From: Oligoflexales bacterium
GTDB lineage: Bacteria > Bdellovibrionota_B > Oligoflexia > Oligoflexales > Bog-1112
NCBI GenBank assembly: GCA_045106415.1
Contig: JBGCEP010000086.1
Span: 1-21,621 of the forward strand
DNA: 21,621 nt
Direction of reading: 5' to 3'
In this document: positions 15,975 to 21,621 of the stretch, piece by piece
Layout: each line of letters begins with the position of its first letter
How positions within the stretch are numbered: position 1 is the stretch's first letter
Translations under genes and position numbers: made by a program
Notes under the pieces: model-generated
What the model was told of the DNA's origin: nothing
Databases searched by the model: none
The model's input: the letters and a program-made list of their open reading frames with translations, nothing else

Positions 15975-18092
15975 TGGGCAAACTTCATGGATGTCTTTGT
16001 CTGCTTTACCATCGCCATCACAATCATGTTTGACTTGAAAACAGATGGCTCGACATTCTCCATATTGGTCTTGTCCATTATCGCTGTAATCTCCTTGCAC
16101 GAGACCACCGTTAACTTTTCCATCTGCACTTAAAGGGTCGAAGGTATCGTCGTCATCTCCACCGTTAAGGCCGGCCCAAAGTGTCCATTTTAGCTTTTTG
16201 TTCGCAAGTTCATCAAGACCTGCCGCTTCACGGTTTTGGATAAAATCTTTCCAGGTTTGCTCTTGAGTGTAGTTGCCACCTGTAAGCTTACAGTTAAAGA
16301 CTTCTTTTCCATCGTCAATATCTGCAATAAGAACACCTGTTAGGCCGCATACTGTGGAAAGTGCATTTGTACCGTCTTTTTCTTCATCTTTGCGGTAAGT
16401 GGTATTGCTGTTTGCTGCTTCAGTGTGTTTTTTGTAATCGTCATGATCTGCTTTTCCATTGGCGCGAGCAGCAATGATTTCTTCAACCTCAACAGCAACA
16501 TAACCTTCTCCAATATCAAAACATCCTGGCCTGCATACAGCCTGTGCTTTTTTGAACGTTTTTGATTCGACGTACCAAGCTTTTTCGGTTTCGTCTCTGT
16601 AGACTCGGCAGGATCCTGGTCCATCGCTTTTATCGAGGTTTGTAAATTGAACTTTATCGAGAAAACAGAATTTACGTCCATCGGGATCATCAATGATTTT
16701 TTCTCTATTGTTTTTTTCAACTTCAATTGTGTTTGGAAAAGGCTGTAAAGCTGTTTCAAGTTGCCAACACATGGCTTCACAGTAAGCGTCGGAGTCATTG
16801 TTCTTCCACGTTTCTAATGCATATAATCCATCGTATGCAGCGTTTGCATCGCGTGTTTCAATGTTTGATTCTCGATTATTTGCCGCATACTTTCCAATAC
16901 CACAACCTGTGTGTTCAGAGTCTCCATGAACATCGTTAAACAGGACCTTTGTTAACCCACAATAAGCAGGGTAGACAGTTTTTTGCTCTGGAAATCCATT
17001 TTCATCACGTACGATATAGCCTTTTTCATCTCGAGTATGAATGTTTTGCTCTTGATAAGGCTGCATAGGTATTTGTCGTTTGCGACTACAGCTATCACAA
17101 CTTTCTCCGTCGCTGCTGTCTCCTAGTTTTTTTACATTCCACGTTGTGGCTTTATAAAAACCAGCGATTCTATTTATGAATTTACCGGATTGATCAATAA
17201 GGCTGGAAGTTTTTTGAGCAGAAACAATGGATTCTTGAGAAATTTGATTCCCATTGGCATCATATTGAGTGACAACGGCTTCTCCTGAATTGGGGTCCCA
17301 GGTTGTCTCTTGACGTGTGCCATCATCGTTATAAATGATTTCGGATGTGACTGTGCTACCATCTGCTCCGATAACTTCTTCTCGTGTTTTAGCTCCGTCA
17401 TTGTTGTAGTAAACGATATTTGTGATTGTTCCTGCTTCACCATAGGTTGTTTCACTAAGAATAGACCCATCAGGGTAAAAGATTTTGATGACGCGAGAAA
17501 TGACAATGGCGTTGCCGTTGTTATCCTTTTTTGTTGGGCTTAACTCAATAGTTTCTTCACTTACAGGTTGGTTTGTAGCAGGGTCTATTTCTACTTGTAT
17601 GATTGTTGTGCCTGATGCGCTGGTCTTTTCTGTCGCGATGACTTTCCCTGTTTTTGCATCTTTCACAATGCTTTCTTGAGACCCGTCATCGTTTTTTATG
17701 ACTTCAACTTCAACGTCATCTTCTGAGTCTGCTAAAGAAAGGCCTGGTGGTGGATTTGGAAGTGTAATGTCACCATTTTCTTCAACTAAAACTTGATCTG
17801 ACCCAAGCTGTGTAGCGTCGATACCTGTAACGAGTTCACTGTCTCCAATAATGTCACCTAGAGGTGAGTTGGCAACATCTTGCTGAGCTTGCTCAAGGTC
17901 TCCGTCAAATGGGGCTGTGTTCTGGTTGCCAGGTACGTTTTTAGTGCTAGGTGCAGTAGAGCTTTTTGTGATTCCGTCTAGACTGGCTTCTGTCGTTGGC
18001 TTTCTTACAGAGCTTTTTTTAGCACAGCTGGTTGTAAGCAGAAAAGATAGAAGAATAAAAAATTTCAAGGGCCACCTCAGTGAATGAAACAT
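15969..18092 (-). CDS. Large surface lipoprotein with beta-hairpin repeat stalk and three Cys-rich C-terminal repeat domains
   Basis: Lipobox-like FFILLSFLLTTS-C after ATG 18092 (the ORF track starts at 18149). Low-complexity tether, repeated Y/F-x-x-D-G turns, three C-x-L-x-x-V...C...C-x3-C-(W/F) units, terminal DCDGDGKAD. Confidence 0.85.
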   Translation of the reverse strand: MFHSLRWPLKFFILLSFLLTTSCAKKSSVRKPTTEASLDGITKSSTAPSTKNVPGNQNTAPFDGDLEQAQQDVANSPLGDIIGDSELVTGIDATQLGSDQVLVEENGDITLPNPPPGLSLADSEDDVEVEVIKNDDGSQESIVKDAKTGKVIATEKTSASGTTIIQVEIDPATNQPVSEETIELSPTKKDNNGNAIVISRVIKIFYPDGSILSETTYGEAGTITNIVYYNNDGAKTREEVIGADGSTVTSEIIYNDDGTRQETTWDPNSGEAVVTQYDANGNQISQESIVSAQKTSSLIDQSGKFINRIAGFYKATTWNVKKLGDSSDGESCDSCSRKRQIPMQPYQEQNIHTRDEKGYIVRDENGFPEQKTVYPAYCGLTKVLFNDVHGDSEHTGCGIGKYAANNRESNIETRDANAAYDGLYALETWKNNDSDAYCEAMCWQLETALQPFPNTIEVEKNNREKIIDDPDGRKFCFLDKVQFTNLDKSDGPGSCRVYRDETEKAWYVESKTFKKAQAVCRPGCFDIGEGYVAVEVEEIIAARANGKADHDDYKKHTEAANSNTTYRKDEEKDGTNALSTVCGLTGVLIADIDDGKEVFNCKLTGGNYTQEQTWKDFIQNREAAGLDELANKKLKWTLWAGLNGGDDDDTFDPLSADGKVNGGLVQGDYSDNGQDQYGECRAICFQVKHDCDGDGKADKDIHEVCPL

Positions 18093-18296
18093 CGTCGTAT
18101 AGTTGCGTATCGGAAGAACTCCTCCTGGAGTCAAGGGTTTGTTGAACAATGCTGATAAATAGCTGTTTTTTTAGTGAGTTACGATAAATTTTTCATGTAT
18201 GATTATCATACGAAAGAGAGCTCTCATAAGAGAGTGCTAAGTTCCACGCGTTATCAAATATCCAAAATAGCCGTGTTGCTTTGTTTGATAAAAAAT

Positions 18297-18503
18297 ATGA
18301 ATTCTTATATTTTTAAAAATATGTTGTTTGGGCTCTATCAAATAGTACAACATCGTCACGGCTCTTTCGATCTTGAGATGCTCTGCCATTCTGACAACGA
18401 ATGGAAACAATTTAAAGAAAACCTCCTATCATCTTTGGAAAAAAAGTATCTAGAAATGATGCAAGCAGTTCTCAATCAGTGTGGTTTTTTTGATGACATG
18501 TAG
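18297..18503 (+). CDS. Possible small hypothetical protein (start uncertain: 18174/18297/18321)
   Basis: Fills an otherwise empty intergenic gap and has an amphipathic helical C-terminal half. No motif recognised. Confidence 0.3.
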   Translation: MNSYIFKNMLFGLYQIVQHRHGSFDLEMLCHSDNEWKQFKENLLSSLEKKYLEMMQAVLNQCGFFDDM

Positions 18504-18627
18504 AGGATTTTAGAAAATGATTGTTTTCATTTTTGAGAAAAGAAAATTTGGAATGTTTTCAATATTTTGTGTTCTGCTTTGAAGTTTTTGCAGTATTAAT
18601 AATAAGTGATTCTGTCTTTTTTGACAT

Positions 18628-19134
18628 TTACGGTGAGGTGTTGGGTTTCTTTTTTTTAAATGAAGCTGTGAATTTTTGGAATGTTTCGATGATCTCGGTC
18701 CAAGGAGCTTCTTTGGGGTTATTCATAAATATTCTTTTTTGTGTTTTTATACTTTTTTCTCCTTTGACCCAATGAACGAATTCAAATTGCAGTCCATCAA
18801 AGGTGTGTGATGGGAAATCTTTAGCCTTGATCCAATGTTTTGTTTTTTTTAAAAAATAATCTAACTGTTCGGAATTTAGGATATTTTTTTCCATGGGTGT
18901 ATCGTTTTTAGCTCCTCCTTCAACCCAATGAAGGTTGTCCCCAATAAGGCACCATTGTCCAATATCAACCCAGCCACTATAGCTGAAAAGACCCCATCCG
19001 TGCTTTTCTGGACTGTTTTCGATGAGGGCCACACATGTTTTTTGCCAGTGCCGAGATATTTGAATTTTTTCTTTATCTTTGCTTAGAAGAGAGGTGGGAA
19101 AAACACAAATGATAAAAAGGATGAAGGTTTTCAT
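18628..19134 (-). CDS. Exported hypothetical protein
   Basis: 168 aa, AAGGA SD, signal-peptide-like MKTFILFIICVFPTSLLS. Starts 9 nt after the lipoprotein stop, so probably in an operon with it. Confidence 0.75.
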   Translation of the reverse strand: MKTFILFIICVFPTSLLSKDKEKIQISRHWQKTCVALIENSPEKHGWGLFSYSGWVDIGQWCLIGDNLHWVEGGAKNDTPMEKNILNSEQLDYFLKKTKHWIKAKDFPSHTFDGLQFEFVHWVKGEKSIKTQKRIFMNNPKEAPWTEIIETFQKFTASFKKKKPNTSP

Positions 19135-19143
19135 GAGGCTTCC

Positions 19144-19437
19144 TTATTTACAAAACTTAATAGAATCAATGGTTCGAGGAATGCCGAAGTTTTTGACTTT
19201 AAGATCGTTGTATTTGAACTTTCTTTTCCATGATTTTTTAGCAAAATCTAATGTGGTTTGAAGACGGCAGTCTTGTTTCATGGTGATGCGGTTTCTTGCG
19301 CAGACAGGGATATAACCTAGGTGTGCCATTTTTGCTTTTTTAGGCTCAGGTTCTAAAACCCAATCGCAATTTTTTTTTCCTTCAGGGTCACAGCCTAAGA
19401 GGATAAGCAAAGGCAGCCAGAGAACATGTTTTGACAT
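19144..19437 (-). CDS. Small basic Cys-rich lipoprotein
   Basis: AAGGA SD, lipobox LILLG-C, four further Cys, Lys-rich. Confidence 0.8.
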   Translation of the reverse strand: MSKHVLWLPLLILLGCDPEGKKNCDWVLEPEPKKAKMAHLGYIPVCARNRITMKQDCRLQTTLDFAKKSWKRKFKYNDLKVKNFGIPRTIDSIKFCK

Positions 19438-19497
19438 GCAATATTCCTTGTTTCAGGAGGAGTCCTTGATTATTCTATCACGGCACGAGGAGGCTTT

Positions 19498-20409
19498 ATG
19501 GAAATCGAGAGTTGGTTGCGCAGGTTGAATGAAGCCGTAAAAGCTTTTTCTTTGAAGGGGTGTGTGACCCGAGTGGGGGAAGAAGCATGGGTTTTAGGCC
19601 CAACGAGCTGGGAGCCGGGACAAAAAATTACGCAAACAGTGCTTGCAGGGGTGCATGGAAATGAATGGGCGGGAGTTGCTGCTCTTGTTCACTGGCTAGA
19701 AGAAAATCCTTCGTTGAACGCTTTTACTGGGATTGCTGTCGGTAACCCGAGAGCTGTACGAAAAAGGGTGCGTTTTATAGAAACTGATTTAAATCGTGCT
19801 TTTGGATCTCATGAGCAGGATTCTTATGAGAGAAAAAGAGCTGCAGAGCTTTCCGTTATGCTTCAGGCAACAGAGCGTTTGTTAGATTTACATCAAACGA
19901 TCCTTGCGTCGATGCAAGCTTTTTTTATTTTTCCGTGGAACGAGGCGTCGGGAGATTTAGCTGCCTCATTGCATCATGATCTTCAGATTGTGACTCACCG
20001 AGGGGGAGGCTTTTCTAAAGAGGGCCAATGTACTGATGAGTATGTTATCGCTCATGGTGGTGTAGGAGTGACGTTGGAAACAGGTTGCCAAGGTTTGGAT
20101 CCAGAGCAGATTGCGCTAGGATCTGAAATGATTGATGCATTAATGAAATTGCCAAAACATCTGATCAAGCACCCTAAGCACGTCTTAGAAACGCAACAAA
20201 CCGTAAAATGGTCAGAAGGTGCGAAACTTTTGCCGGGCTGGGAAAACTTTATGCCTGTGAGGAAAGGAGAAACCTTAGGAACCTGCTCAGACGGAAAAAT
20301 CCTCGCTGAGGTTGATGGAGCTCTTTTGTTTCCTAAATACCCAACGCAAAATCCACCGCCAGCAGAACTATGTCGTGTGGTAGGACAGGCTCATTGGTAT
20401 CGAGTGTAG
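19498..20409 (+). CDS. Succinylglutamate desuccinylase/aspartoacylase (M14-like Zn hydrolase) family protein
   Basis: GGAGG SD. Motifs AGVHGNE, GNP.A....RFIE.DLNR.F, LDLH, TLE.G, and a C-terminal GWENF..V.KG..LG...LLFP region. Confidence 0.9.
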   Translation: MEIESWLRRLNEAVKAFSLKGCVTRVGEEAWVLGPTSWEPGQKITQTVLAGVHGNEWAGVAALVHWLEENPSLNAFTGIAVGNPRAVRKRVRFIETDLNRAFGSHEQDSYERKRAAELSVMLQATERLLDLHQTILASMQAFFIFPWNEASGDLAASLHHDLQIVTHRGGGFSKEGQCTDEYVIAHGGVGVTLETGCQGLDPEQIALGSEMIDALMKLPKHLIKHPKHVLETQQTVKWSEGAKLLPGWENFMPVRKGETLGTCSDGKILAEVDGALLFPKYPTQNPPPAELCRVVGQAHWYRV

Positions 20410-20431
20410 AGATATCTGATAAAATCATCAT

Positions 20432-21598
20432 ATGAATGATCAACGACTTTTATTCTTATATCTTTTTGTACTTGTCTTGCTTCCAGGCTTGCCTCTAGCG
20501 GCTACGCCTTTGCCGCAGAAGGGTAAATTTCCTTCTCAAGGAGTGACGCAAGCTGGTAGTCTTATCGTGCCTGAAGGGTGTCCGCAAGCTGTGCTGAGTT
20601 CCGTGGGTGGGCCAGGTTTTGCTCGTGGGAAGATGTTTTGGCATTTAACACCTGTAGCGAAAAATGCTGGACGTCAATATAAGTACCGTCTTCATCGCAT
20701 TGACGTGGAAAAGCTCAAAGCAGAACCCGTTCTAAGTTTTCCGTTTCGAGAAAGTTTTTCTGTGATTCCACACGGACCTCAAGTGGATGGAATCACGGTG
20801 GTTTCTTTTGATGGAGAGGCCTCTTGCCGAAAAGGAAAGGCAGAATGGATGTCCTTAAAAATAGAGCAAACATCCGCAGATATTGAAAAACCTCTCAAAG
20901 GTCATCACTCTGTGATGGTAGCGGGAAGCCAGAATGGTGGTCTCTTATACGATTTGGATGCCAGGCGCTATCTTGATGTCGACCCAATAAAGGCACAGGT
21001 CCGTAAAGTATGGTGGCCGTTGCCCTCCTATGAATTACCTTTGTATATAGATCAACAAAGAAAAGATACTTATGCATGGTATGAAAAATCACCTCAATCG
21101 GCTGTTCTGGCGCATGGAAGTCGAGAAGCTGTTTATCGAGTTCCAGGCAATATGATTCGAGTCGTTGTTGATGGGCCTCGAGTTGTTTTTTTACAGCTAC
21201 ATTTTTTAGATCCGCATACTGGAACTTTACAATTTTTATCGCAGTGGAGTGGTCTTGGAGTTGACTTGAGCTATAGGATAGTTCTTCCAGAGGCCTATCA
21301 TTTGGAAGATGCAATGGTTCGGCTTCATGTAGCATCTCGTCTTGCGTTGGTTTATGGGCGGAACAGAGTTATACAAAATAGATGGAGGCAAGCTTTCATT
21401 GTTGATCTAAGGACAGGAGAAGTCATTGGTCGATATAAAGCAGACATGGATGATACTGTGAGCTTTGCTGAATTTGATGAAGAAGGAAAAACTGTTTTTA
21501 TTGATGTAAGAGATCAAAGAATGGGTCTTCAGAAAGTTTTAGCAGCTTTTTCTGTCTTGTCGAGGACGTGGTATAAAGTTCCTCTTAATTTACATTGA
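20432..21598 (+). CDS. Secreted hypothetical protein, beta-rich (possibly propeller-like)
   Basis: 388 aa, signal peptide ending PLA-A, repeated (L/I/V)-x-D-(L/V)-x-x-x-x patterns (LYDLDARR, IVDLRTGE). Begins 22 nt after the upstream gene. Confidence 0.75.
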   Translation: MNDQRLLFLYLFVLVLLPGLPLAATPLPQKGKFPSQGVTQAGSLIVPEGCPQAVLSSVGGPGFARGKMFWHLTPVAKNAGRQYKYRLHRIDVEKLKAEPVLSFPFRESFSVIPHGPQVDGITVVSFDGEASCRKGKAEWMSLKIEQTSADIEKPLKGHHSVMVAGSQNGGLLYDLDARRYLDVDPIKAQVRKVWWPLPSYELPLYIDQQRKDTYAWYEKSPQSAVLAHGSREAVYRVPGNMIRVVVDGPRVVFLQLHFLDPHTGTLQFLSQWSGLGVDLSYRIVLPEAYHLEDAMVRLHVASRLALVYGRNRVIQNRWRQAFIVDLRTGEVIGRYKADMDDTVSFAEFDEEGKTVFIDVRDQRMGLQKVLAAFSVLSRTWYKVPLNLH

Positions 21599-21621
21599 TT
21601 TTAAATTGATACTCTTTTGCT

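Noticed and set aside
18214..18240. CIRCE element (GAGTGCTAA at 18232-18240)
   Set aside because: Only a half-site. The possible left arm is degenerate and 6 nt away rather than 9.
324..21335. Numerous short antisense or alternate-frame ORFs in the track (e.g. 324-605, 5737-6081, 16340-16798, 20895-21335)
   Set aside because: They are nested within well-supported genes, have no motifs, and are consistent with shadow ORFs.

Overview
Bacterial chromosomal window. The gene style tentatively suggests a Bdellovibrionota/Oligoflexia-like organism, but this is not established. The left ~5.2 kb is a visibly AT-rich accessory-looking region. It holds the start of an IS630-type transposase at the edge (missing from the ORF track), two exported or membrane hypothetical proteins, a DUF6151 Zn protein, a STAS/SpoIIAA-like protein, an Hsp20 pseudogene, a perfect 2x33 bp tandem duplication and a perfect 20 bp inverted repeat. 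Next comes a tightly coupled two-gene unit: a tyrosine-recombinase-fold protein with no recognisable box II or catalytic Tyr, and a class II (Ntn) glutamine amidotransferase. A membrane protein with a C-terminal J-domain follows, then a housekeeping block: CBS-less guaB, guaA, a terminator, dnaE, an mtgA-like transglycosylase and a shortened RqcH/NFACT protein. The right end encodes a large lipoprotein with beta-hairpin repeats and three copies of a 4-Cys domain, two small exported proteins, an AstE/AspA-family hydrolase and a secreted beta-rich protein. No rRNA, tRNA or CRISPR array was seen. All family assignments come from motif recognition by eye; no searches were run.
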